Origin: an uncultured Candidatus Saccharibacteria bacterium | GTDB taxonomy: Bacteria > Patescibacteriota > Minisyncoccia > UBA6257 > 2-01-FULL-56-20 | Assembly: GCA_964363455.1 (NCBI GenBank) | Contig: CAYIIM010000001.1 | Span: forward strand, 1-42,265 | Length of the DNA: 42,265 nucleotides | Direction of reading: 5' to 3' | In this document: positions 30,277 through 37,988 of the stretch, piece by piece | Layout: each line of letters begins with the position of its first letter | Numbering within the stretch: position 1 is the first letter of the stretch | Position numbers and translations under genes: made by a program | The notes under the pieces: generated by a model | What the model was told of the DNA's origin: nothing | The model's database searches: none | The model's input: only the letters and a program-made list of their open reading frames with translations

Positions 30277-33066
30277 ATGAAAAATCAAAAAAACATTTTA
30301 AGAATTTTAGCGACGGGGTTTGTGGTTTTAAACCTCGTTTTGTCACCTCTGCCAGTTTTTAATTATCACGCAATTGCGCAGGAGGCGTCGCCGGCTGAGG
30401 AGCAGGTGATTCCGCCAGTGGAAGAGCAAGTAGTACCTCCAGCCGAAGAAATTCCGCCCGCGGATGAAATAACCGAAACCACAAGCCAGGAAACTCCGGC
30501 AGAAGAAAATACCGGGGAGCAGATTTCTAATCCCGAAGAAGAGGCGTTAACCGAAGGAACTCCGGGTCAAGAGGGTGAAAGCGGCGTGGATGGAGAAGAC
30601 GGAATTCCAGATGAAGACGCCGAGCCAGAACTAACTAATGAAGAGGAGGATGTACTCGATAACGCATCATCAACGGATGATGGCAATTCTTCGTCAACTA
30701 ATGAAGGAGTTGGGGTTGGAGAGAGCGGGGAGGATGGTGAAGATGGAGCGAATGGGGATGATGGCGGAAGCAATGGCGGGGGTTTGCCGGCGATAATTGA
30801 TACGGGTGACGCGGCGGCGGCGGCGAACATCTTGAATATGGTGAATTTGAATATCGTTGACTCAGAAGGCTGGGTGAACTTTATGAATCTTTTTGGCGGA
30901 CTTTTGGGTGATGTGGATTTGAGTGATGTCACTTTTCCGGAGAGTGATCGCTGTCAGTCGGATGAATGTGAGGCGGCGCGATTGGAAGGAAGAAGGAATT
31001 TTGAAAATGAAAACGACGGCGAGATTGATAACAATGTGAATGTTGGCGCGGGAACGGGAGGTAATGAAATTACCGGCACGGGCGAGATTTATACTGGCGA
31101 CGCGGCCGCGGCGGCGAACGTGGTGAATGTTTTGAACACCAACATCATCCGTTCGAATTATTTGATTTTAGCTTTGAATAGTTTTGGAAATTTTGATGGG
31201 GATTTGGTTTTGCCCGGCGCTTCGTTTTTTGAGCAGTTGTTTGGCGGCCGAGGCGAACCGAGAAGCGAGCAGACGATTCCGCCTTGTGAGCAAACTCTAG
31301 AAATTGAAAACGACAACCAGGCGGAGGTGAGTAATACTGGTGATACCGTGGCGGAGACGGGAGGTAATGAAGTTGAAGACGGTGACGGGGCGGTGATCGA
31401 AACTGGAAATGCTGACGCGCTTTCTAATACCGCGAACTTAGTGAATTCAAATTATTACAACAGCTCACCGGTTTACATTTTGGTGAGAGTGACGGGGCGA
31501 TGGAATGGAGATGTTTTCAGTGTGCCGCCGGGATTAAAGTGGGAGGAAACCCCGATGGGAATTTTGATCACATCGGACGATGATGCGGACGGCGGAGTTT
31601 TGCCGGATGTAGAACCCGAAGCGGAATTGGTTGAGGGAGAAGTGGAAGAAGTTTCTGGAACGGAGACAAATGAAGAGGGGATTGAGTTTGGTCACGGCGC
31701 ACGGCCTTGTGAATCGTCAGATTTGATTCAAAACACCAACCGAGCGCGAGTGAATAACAATGTTAATGTTTTAGCTTTAACTGGAGAAAATAGAATTAAT
31801 AATGGCGGAGGGAGTTATATCGGAACTGGGAACGCTTTTGCCGCGTCGAATGTGTTTAACGTGGTTAATACAAATATTGTTGGCAGTAACTGGATTTTGG
31901 CTTTAGTAAATATTTTTGGCGACTGGGATGGGAACTTGGCTTTCGGCCGGCCCGATCTCTGGATAGGGACGCGCGCGGCGGCTTCGACTAATCCGTTGGT
32001 CGCGGGCGGATCGGTGACTTATACGATTGACGTGACAAACCATGGGGATGCAACGGCGACCAATGTTCGCGTGCGAAGCGGCAGTGATCCACACGAAAGA
32101 GTGAAGCAAAATCAAACTCCGGATAATTTGTTTGTGACGGCGTTTAGCGGGTTGTTTAGTGATGATTCCGAGGATGATAAAAATGTGGTTTGGGAAATTC
32201 CATCTTTGGCGCCAGGCGAATCTCGAACTTTGTCATACACTTCGCAGGTGACGGACAATCCGCCGGGAGGACTCTCATCTTTTGATACGATTACTACGGT
32301 GGCGAGTACCGAGACGGATGCATCCGAAACTGACAATACTGATAAATTAACGCTGATGCTCCAGGGGGCAACGACTGGAGGAGGAGGGGGGCAGGTTTAT
32401 GTTTCGGGATTTGGCGGGGGGTATGGAAAGCCGAAACTTGAGATTTCTAAAACTTCTAACGCGGGGCCGATTGTGAACCCGAGCTCGACGGTGAGTTATA
32501 AGATTATTGTGGAAAATACTTTTGGTGATTTAGCGCGTGAGGCAGGGGTGGTTGATGAACTTCGTGATCCGAATGGCAATCTAGTCGCCGAAAATATTTG
32601 GGATTTGGGAACGATTTATTCGGGCGAGGAAATAGTGATTGATTATGACACCACGTTTAGCGCGACGGCGCCGTTTGGGACGTATGTGAATGTGGCGAAA
32701 CTTTACGCGAAAAATGATTTTGGTCAGGTTTTGGAAACAGTGATTGCTTCATCGAGTATCGTGATTGGCGTGGGCGTACCAGTTGGGCCAATGGGAACGG
32801 AGTCGGCAAGTGAAGATGGTGATAATGAAAGTGATTCAGATGATTTTTCCCTTTCTTTGTTTAAACCCGAGATTGCGATGGCTTCGCCAGAGCCGTTGCC
32901 GATTTTAGAAAAAGCGGAGTATCAAGATCAAGACAGCGGTTTGGCTTCGATCTTTTCTCTTTTTCCTTGGTTGGGATCGAATTGTTTTTTCTTGTTGATA
33001 TTGGTAATACTTCTAGCGCTTTATGTTTGGTGGAGGACGAGGAGGAAGAAAGATAGTAGTCAGTAG
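30277..33066 (+). CDS. 929-aa surface protein: acidic linker, four TGGN/TGDA/NxVNTN repeat units, DUF11/CARDB-like domains, C-terminal TM anchor
   Basis: NNVNVGAGTGGNEITGTGEIYTGDAAAAANVVNVLNTNIIRSNY. VSNTGDTVAETGGNEVEDGDGAVIETGNADALSNTANLVNSNY. NNNVNVLALTGENRINNGGGSYIGTGNAFAASNVFNVVNTNIVGSNW. GGSVTYTIDVTNHGDATATNVRV. C-terminal FFLLILVILLALYVWWRTRRKK. Confidence 0.8.
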   Translation: MKNQKNILRILATGFVVLNLVLSPLPVFNYHAIAQEASPAEEQVIPPVEEQVVPPAEEIPPADEITETTSQETPAEENTGEQISNPEEEALTEGTPGQEGESGVDGEDGIPDEDAEPELTNEEEDVLDNASSTDDGNSSSTNEGVGVGESGEDGEDGANGDDGGSNGGGLPAIIDTGDAAAAANILNMVNLNIVDSEGWVNFMNLFGGLLGDVDLSDVTFPESDRCQSDECEAARLEGRRNFENENDGEIDNNVNVGAGTGGNEITGTGEIYTGDAAAAANVVNVLNTNIIRSNYLILALNSFGNFDGDLVLPGASFFEQLFGGRGEPRSEQTIPPCEQTLEIENDNQAEVSNTGDTVAETGGNEVEDGDGAVIETGNADALSNTANLVNSNYYNSSPVYILVRVTGRWNGDVFSVPPGLKWEETPMGILITSDDDADGGVLPDVEPEAELVEGEVEEVSGTETNEEGIEFGHGARPCESSDLIQNTNRARVNNNVNVLALTGENRINNGGGSYIGTGNAFAASNVFNVVNTNIVGSNWILALVNIFGDWDGNLAFGRPDLWIGTRAAASTNPLVAGGSVTYTIDVTNHGDATATNVRVRSGSDPHERVKQNQTPDNLFVTAFSGLFSDDSEDDKNVVWEIPSLAPGESRTLSYTSQVTDNPPGGLSSFDTITTVASTETDASETDNTDKLTLMLQGATTGGGGGQVYVSGFGGGYGKPKLEISKTSNAGPIVNPSSTVSYKIIVENTFGDLAREAGVVDELRDPNGNLVAENIWDLGTIYSGEEIVIDYDTTFSATAPFGTYVNVAKLYAKNDFGQVLETVIASSSIVIGVGVPVGPMGTESASEDGDNESDSDDFSLSLFKPEIAMASPEPLPILEKAEYQDQDSGLASIFSLFPWLGSNCFFLLILVILLALYVWWRTRRKKDSSQ

Positions 33067-33095
33067 GAAGTAGTGAGTAGTAAGTAGTAAGAAAA
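33053..33095 (+). repeat. AGTAG-rich repeat, copy 3
   Basis: atagtagtcagtaggaagtagtgagtagtaagtagtaagaaaaag. Overlaps the last codons and the stop of the 929-aa gene. Confidence 0.55.
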
Positions 33096-33136
33096 AGAAA
33101 CCCCCGCGTGTCGTGAGACTCGCGGGGGTATTTGTT
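33091..33136. terminator. Bidirectional terminator
   Basis: acccccgcg (33100-33108) pairs with cgcgggggt (33121-33129). A-run before and atttgtt after. Confidence 0.65.
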
Positions 33137-33153
33137 GCTTCGCTGCCAGGCGG

Positions 33154-33798
33154 TTACGGTAGATTGATGCGAAATGTAGCATTTAAGGTTTCATCGGCAC
33201 TTTCTGTTAACTTGTAGTTGTAGAAAGGGCTGAACCAAGTAATGCCGAGCCGAAGTTCTATGGGAGTGTCAGGGATTTCACACCCTACCCATGTACCAGC
33301 GCCCTTTTGATTGTCCAATATTGCTCCAAACCGAATGTAATACTCGGTATCAACCATAGCTTCCGCTCGATAGCGCCGGAACCTATCTTTTCCTGCCCAG
33401 CCGTAGACCCGGATTTCCCAGTTGCAATGACTCAGTAGAATCATACCAGAGCCGACAACGGAATGGGGTTCTTGGTCATATCCACCTCCGGCTCCTAGTT
33501 GGAGCCAAGGCAGGAGATTAACAGTTCCTCCGCCGATTGCGGTGGCAGTGCTTTCTTTGACAGCGAAGAAGATGAATCCGCCCAGTCGTGCGTTGTGATC
33601 GTAGTCGATACCGCCTTCGAAAGCGTATTCTGGCTTGAGTTTTTCGTTGTAGGAGCCGACGACTTGGCCGAAGAAGGTCAACTCTTTTTCGTCAGGCACT
33701 TTCTCGGCAGTTACATCTCGCTTGGTGGTTCCGTTGGCTAATCTGGCCATACCAAAAATCATAAGCATGGCGACGAAAAACATTGCGAACTTTCGCAT
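33154..33798 (-). CDS. Secreted beta-rich protein, possibly beta-barrel-like; SD-led cassette
   Basis: Start at ATG 33798, preceded by GAAGGAGG. Signal MRKFAMFFVAMLMIFGMARLANG. Alternating hydrophobic/Gly-rich pattern through to the C-terminus. Confidence 0.55.
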   Translation of the reverse strand: MRKFAMFFVAMLMIFGMARLANGTTKRDVTAEKVPDEKELTFFGQVVGSYNEKLKPEYAFEGGIDYDHNARLGGFIFFAVKESTATAIGGGTVNLLPWLQLGAGGGYDQEPHSVVGSGMILLSHCNWEIRVYGWAGKDRFRRYRAEAMVDTEYYIRFGAILDNQKGAGTWVGCEIPDTPIELRLGITWFSPFYNYKLTESADETLNATFRINLP

Positions 33799-33917
33799 TT
33801 CAGTCCTCCTTCTGAAGTGATTATTGGTCCAAAACGTCTTGAATTGACAAGTGTTATTTCCCACTAACTCTGACCTACTTTTAGCACAGAAAGTCGAGAT
33901 TTGTAAACCCCTAATTA

Positions 33918-34472
33918 CTATGACGGGTTTTCAGCTAATAAATTACTTTTGGCAGAGTTTAGGGTTGTTCTGGGCTTTAATTCGAGCCAATAGGCGATAG
34001 CGGGGCTCAAGGCCACGGCTAAGATTCCGTTACCGAGGAGGTGGATGGCGGTAAAGGGGATCTGGCCGACAAGGGCGATCATAAAAGATTGGCCGTAGAA
34101 AATCGGGCCGATAGTGAGACCAGTGAGGGTATCAAAGGCTAAAGTGTTAATAATCGAAAATTTTAAATAGTTTAGAGGGCGATTGGATCTATTTTTGAAA
34201 TAGTACGAGGCGGCAATACCAATGGCGCCGTAAACAATGGCCGTGACCCAAGTCCAAGCCCCCACTTCACCGTCGATGATATCAAACAAAAACATTGATA
34301 AAAAGGCGAAGATAAATCCACTTGTTCGGCCATATTTTTTAGCCAAGGGCATAGTGGAGGCCATCACTGGTTCGATGTTGGGAGCTTTGATTGGAAGGAA
34401 TCTTAATGCGATTCCGGCGATGAGAATTGTGAAGTATTTTAAGCCACCAATTTTTTGTATGAATTTTTTCAT
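33918..34472 (-). CDS. Multi-pass membrane protein, possible solitary S-component-type vitamin transporter
   Basis: 184 aa with ~5-6 TM segments. 6 nt downstream of the corrinoid adenosyltransferase gene. The functional call rests on context only. Confidence 0.4.
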   Translation of the reverse strand: MKKFIQKIGGLKYFTILIAGIALRFLPIKAPNIEPVMASTMPLAKKYGRTSGFIFAFLSMFLFDIIDGEVGAWTWVTAIVYGAIGIAASYYFKNRSNRPLNYLKFSIINTLAFDTLTGLTIGPIFYGQSFMIALVGQIPFTAIHLLGNGILAVALSPAIAYWLELKPRTTLNSAKSNLLAENPS

Positions 34473-34478
34473 AACGTT

Positions 34479-35000
34479 TTAGTATTCTAAACCTTTTTTC
34501 GCTTTGATACCTTTCATATAGGGGTGTTTGATTTCTTTCATTTCGGTGACGAGGTCGGCCAATTGGATAAACTTTTTTGGCGCGTCCCGGCCGGTAAAAA
34601 TGACGTGTTCTACCCTAGGCCTTACGTATTTTAATAGATCTAGGGCGTCTTTCAAAGTGATGAGTTTGAGCTTTAGGGCGTTACAGATTTCGTCCATTAT
34701 GAGCATTTGCCACTTACCGGTAGCCACTTCCTTTTTGGCATATCTTAGGGCTTTCTGGGCGGCTTTTTGATGGTCGGAGAGGGGGAGTTTATCGCCCAAA
34801 ATACCCACGAAACCTAGCCCCATTTTCACAATTTTGAGGCTGGGGGCGAGTTTTTTATAGGAGGTATCTTCGCCGGACTTCCAGGGGCCCTTGATGAACT
34901 GGACCATTAAAACTCGCCGGCCCTCGCCGATGGATCTTAACCCTTGGCCTAAAGCGGCGGTGGTTTTACCTTTACCATTACCCGTGAAAACTAAAAACAT
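34479..35000 (-). CDS. cobO: Cob(I)yrinic acid a,c-diamide (corrinoid) adenosyltransferase, CobA/CobO/BtuR family
   Basis: VFTGNGKGKTTAALGQGLRSIGEGRRVLMVQFIKG, LIMDEICNAL, HVIFTGRDAPKKFIQLADLVTEMKEIKH. Confidence 0.8.
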   Translation of the reverse strand: MFLVFTGNGKGKTTAALGQGLRSIGEGRRVLMVQFIKGPWKSGEDTSYKKLAPSLKIVKMGLGFVGILGDKLPLSDHQKAAQKALRYAKKEVATGKWQMLIMDEICNALKLKLITLKDALDLLKYVRPRVEHVIFTGRDAPKKFIQLADLVTEMKEIKHPYMKGIKAKKGLEY

Positions 35001-35080
35001 TTTTAGGTGAAGTAATTGTATTTCGGTAGGGTTATTATACCCCTTACCGGTTTTTTTCTCGGTTTTCTACTATCCCCAGT

Positions 35081-35120
35081 TTACTACACTATTTTAGCGA
35101 TCGCTAAAATAGTGTAGTAA
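35081..35120. repeat. 40-bp perfect palindrome (left copy) centred on GCGATCGC
   Basis: ttactacactattttagcga|tcgctaaaatagtgtagtaa. Ends 15 nt before the ATG at 35136. Confidence 0.8.
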
Positions 35121-35135
35121 GATTGTTATAAGAGT

Positions 35136-35696
35136 ATGAGGAAAAGCTTGACGGTAAGAGTTTTGGAGACATTGGGTGAGGGTGTTATGACGGCGACGAA
35201 TGTTGTGGTGGCGATTTTGGAGTCGGGTTACGGTGCTTCTTACGCCAAGATGGATCGGAATTATCGCCGACTTGAATCGGCAAGAATCGACAGAGTAAAC
35301 GTCGCGATAGAGAAACAAAGATTTTACAATCTTATTTCTAAGCTCAAGCGCGAAGGACTAATTGAAGGAAAGGGTAAGCTAAAGATTACTTCTTTTGGTA
35401 AAGAAAAACTTTTTAAATCTAAACAAAGTTATTTGATTAATCATCACTACAGAAAAATGGCTGATGAAACTGTTAAAATTGTTATTTTCGACATACCCGA
35501 AAAGGAGAGGCGCAAGAGAGAATGGTTGCGTTTTTCTTTAGTCCAACTTGGTTTCAAAATGCTCCAAAAAAGTGTTTGGACGGGGAAGGTGAAAATACCC
35601 GAAGAATTTTTAGAAGACTTAAGATTCTCCAAAATTGACAGTTTCGTGCATATTTTTAAGGCTGAAAAACTTGGGACGATTAATGTGGATGAATGA
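35136..35696 (+). CDS. PaaX-like regulator: N-terminal winged HTH plus Cas2/VapD-fold domain
   Basis: FYNLISKLKREGLIEGKGKLKITSFGKE (wHTH), and VKIVIFDIPEKERRKREWLRFSLVQLGFKMLQKSVWTG (PaaX/Cas2-like beta-alpha-beta core). Confidence 0.65.
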   Translation: MRKSLTVRVLETLGEGVMTATNVVVAILESGYGASYAKMDRNYRRLESARIDRVNVAIEKQRFYNLISKLKREGLIEGKGKLKITSFGKEKLFKSKQSYLINHHYRKMADETVKIVIFDIPEKERRKREWLRFSLVQLGFKMLQKSVWTGKVKIPEEFLEDLRFSKIDSFVHIFKAEKLGTINVDE

Positions 35697-35739
35697 TTTT
35701 TTTACAGACGTTAGCTTAAGCCAATTTTGATCCTTTTAG

Positions 35740-35781
35740 TTTACTACACTAATTTAGCGATCGCTAAATTAGTGTAGTAAA
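35740..35781. repeat. 42-bp perfect palindrome (right copy)
   Basis: tttactacactaatttagcga|tcgctaaattagtgtagtaaa. Differs from the left copy only by a symmetric change (tatttta to taattta) present in both arms. Confidence 0.8.
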
Positions 35782-35858
35782 GGGCTAGATTAAAACTAGA
35801 GTAAAACTAGATTCAAGCAGATTGAAAAAACAGTGTTCAAGAATATGGGCGGATTTCT

Positions 35859-37031
35859 CTAGTTTTCTTGGTCAATTTCGAGGAGGCGGTTGTATTTGGC
35901 GATCCGTTCGCCGCGGGCGGGGGCGCCGAGTTTGAGGCCGTAGGCGTATGAGCCATATGCAAGGTCGGCAATGAAATCGTCTTGGGTTTCACCGCTTCGA
36001 TGTGAGACCACCACTTTCCAGCCCCACTTTTTGGCTTGTTCGATCGCCGCGAGGGTTTCGGTCAATGTGCCGATTTGGTTGGGTTTGATAATGATTGAGT
36101 TGATGGATTTGGCCGCGTGGGCTTTTTTCATTAGCTCTACATTGGTGGTGGTCAGGTCATCGCCGCAGATAAGAGTGTTTTTGCCAATTAGATTGTTTAA
36201 TTTGGTGAAGTTTTTAAAATCTTTTTCTTTGAAAGGATCTTCGAGATAGTGAAGTTTGTATTTGGATTTAAGTTCGGCGTAGAGTTTGAAAAGTTCGGCA
36301 GGAGATTTTTTTATATTAGAAGCGGCGGCGTCGAGGCCAAACTGAATTTTGTTTTGAAGTTTCGCGAGTTTGGCGACATGAGTGAGGACGCGGAATGGTT
36401 CGAGGTTGTCGTCAAGGTTGGGGGCAAAGCCGCCTTCGTCGCCGAGGCCTGTGGCGCCTTGGCCGAAATGTTTGCCGAGGTATTCACCTAGGCTTTTGTA
36501 TAAGTTCAACCCGATTTTGACAGACTCGGTGATGTTTTGGGATTTTGGGATGATTAAATATTCTTGAAAATCGAGATTGTTTTTAGTGTGGAGGCCGCCG
36601 TTTACAACGTTAATGAAGAGTTTGGGGAAGTAGTCTTTGGTCCGTTTGTATTCGAGAAGGTGGGCTAGGTGTTTCCAAAGAGGAATATTTTGAGAGAGAG
36701 CGGCGGCCTTGGCGGCGGCGACGGAGGCGCCGAGCATGGCGTTGGCGCCGAGACGGGACTTATTTTTGGTGCCGTCGAGTTTGAGTAAGCAGTGATCGAT
36801 AAAATTTTGGTTGCCAGCATGGATGCCGTTTAGAGCAGGGGAGATGATTTTTTCGATATTTCTGATCGCGATTTTGGGCGAAACGTAGACGGCTTCGCTC
36901 GAACCACGGCTTTTGCCTTGGGGGACAGAGGTGACGGATTCGATACCGTTTTGGAGTTTGAGACGGACTTCAATGGTCCACTCTCCACGCGAATCGAGTT
37001 CGGGTCGGGCTTTGATGGATTTGATTTTCAT
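35859..37031 (-). CDS. eno: Enolase (short form, 390 aa)
   Basis: ARPELDSRGEWTIEV, LDGTKNKSRLGANAMLGASVAAAKAAA, GDEGGFAPNL, YLEDPF, GDDLTTTN, IKPNQIGTLTE, VSHRSGETQDDFIADLA. Confidence 0.9.
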   Translation of the reverse strand: MKIKSIKARPELDSRGEWTIEVRLKLQNGIESVTSVPQGKSRGSSEAVYVSPKIAIRNIEKIISPALNGIHAGNQNFIDHCLLKLDGTKNKSRLGANAMLGASVAAAKAAALSQNIPLWKHLAHLLEYKRTKDYFPKLFINVVNGGLHTKNNLDFQEYLIIPKSQNITESVKIGLNLYKSLGEYLGKHFGQGATGLGDEGGFAPNLDDNLEPFRVLTHVAKLAKLQNKIQFGLDAAASNIKKSPAELFKLYAELKSKYKLHYLEDPFKEKDFKNFTKLNNLIGKNTLICGDDLTTTNVELMKKAHAAKSINSIIIKPNQIGTLTETLAAIEQAKKWGWKVVVSHRSGETQDDFIADLAYGSYAYGLKLGAPARGERIAKYNRLLEIDQEN

Positions 37032-37079
37032 GAGGGCTTTTAGGCTTTAATTATAGCAATTCTGTGTTCTAGTTTATAC

Positions 37080-37108
37080 TTGACAAATAGGTATTTGTGG
37101 TGTATAAT
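37080..37108 (+). promoter_or_regulatory. Perfect consensus promoter TTGACA-17-TATAAT
   Basis: -35 at 37080-37085, -10 at 37103-37108. Confidence 0.65.
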
Positions 37109-37130
37109 GAGGCTAGAATATTGATAAGAC

Positions 37131-37178
37131 TCTCAGATACTTTTTGGCAGGTTTTTGCCTCTCAAAAAGTGTCTGAGA
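37131..37178 (+). promoter_or_regulatory. 16-bp leader hairpin
   Basis: tctcagatactttttg pairs with caaaaagtgtctgaga. Its single U-G pair is valid only on the plus strand. Confidence 0.5.
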
Positions 37179-37214
37179 AAATAACGGAATACCAACCAGA
37201 AGAAGGAGAAATCC

Positions 37215-37925
37215 ATGAAGACAGTTGCTGCTCTGATTGTTGCGATCCTGTTCGTGTTGCCGATGACGGTCAGCGCCCAGGTGTTAGTTTCCACCGAAGT
37301 GGTTAGCAAGTACATCGCTGGGGCTGGGTTTCTTCCGCACGACGGTACTACGACTCAGGTGGACGTGCTTATCACCCTCCCCAAAGGCTTTTTTTTCGGT
37401 CTTTGGTTTTCGAGCGGTTTTGACTTCAAGCCCAACTTTGGGAGGGAAGTCGATTACACGCTGGGTTGGCAGAATGAAGTTGTCGGTACAGGATTGGCGT
37501 TTTACGACCTGAACGACATCTTCGGTACTCAAGGCGCGGATATAGTGTTGCCATACCTTGAGCTGCATCCATCTTTCATGAGAGTGGATCAGACGTTCAC
37601 ACCGTTCGTGCGGGCAGAGTACAATCTTTGCACGCGCAGTATGTCCAAGAATTCTTCGCTCGACCTTTCGGTCGGCATGAAACAATCTTGGCAGATCAGC
37701 GAGCGGTTCTCTGTGAACCAGAGAATTCGGTTGCTGTATGACGATGGGTTGTTCGGCAGCCGGAGTGGATTTATTACCCGATGGGACATCGGAGCTTCTG
37801 CTCAAGTGACCAGGCAGGTCAATCTGAACTTGTCGGTCAAAAATTCGATTCCGTCGAGGTCAATGACTGATCGTCAAAACCTGACCTCGTTCGGAGTTGG
37901 TGTTTCGTCAAGCTTCCCGTGGTAA
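37215..37925 (+). CDS. TorF/Gcw_chp-like putative beta-barrel protein; SD-led cassette
   Basis: AAGGAG 7 nt upstream of the ATG. Signal MKTVAALIVAILFVLPMTVSAQ. VSKYIAGAGF...PKGFFFGLWFSSGF...GREVDYTLGW fits the TorF-family pattern. C-terminal SSSFPW is an aromatic terminus. Confidence 0.55.
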   Translation: MKTVAALIVAILFVLPMTVSAQVLVSTEVVSKYIAGAGFLPHDGTTTQVDVLITLPKGFFFGLWFSSGFDFKPNFGREVDYTLGWQNEVVGTGLAFYDLNDIFGTQGADIVLPYLELHPSFMRVDQTFTPFVRAEYNLCTRSMSKNSSLDLSVGMKQSWQISERFSVNQRIRLLYDDGLFGSRSGFITRWDIGASAQVTRQVNLNLSVKNSIPSRSMTDRQNLTSFGVGVSSSFPW

Positions 37926-37988
37926 TCAACTGCGGGGAGTGCAATACAGGGGCTCGTGTCTATGACGCGGGTCCCTTTTCGTTACTAC

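Noticed and set aside
30567-30932. 121-aa antisense ORF inside the 929-aa gene
   Set aside because: It arises from the acidic, Gly-rich low-complexity region and has no independent signals.
37284-37805. 173-aa antisense ORF inside the TorF-like gene
   Set aside because: The plus-strand frame has a consensus promoter, SD, signal peptide and family-like motifs. The antisense ORF has none.
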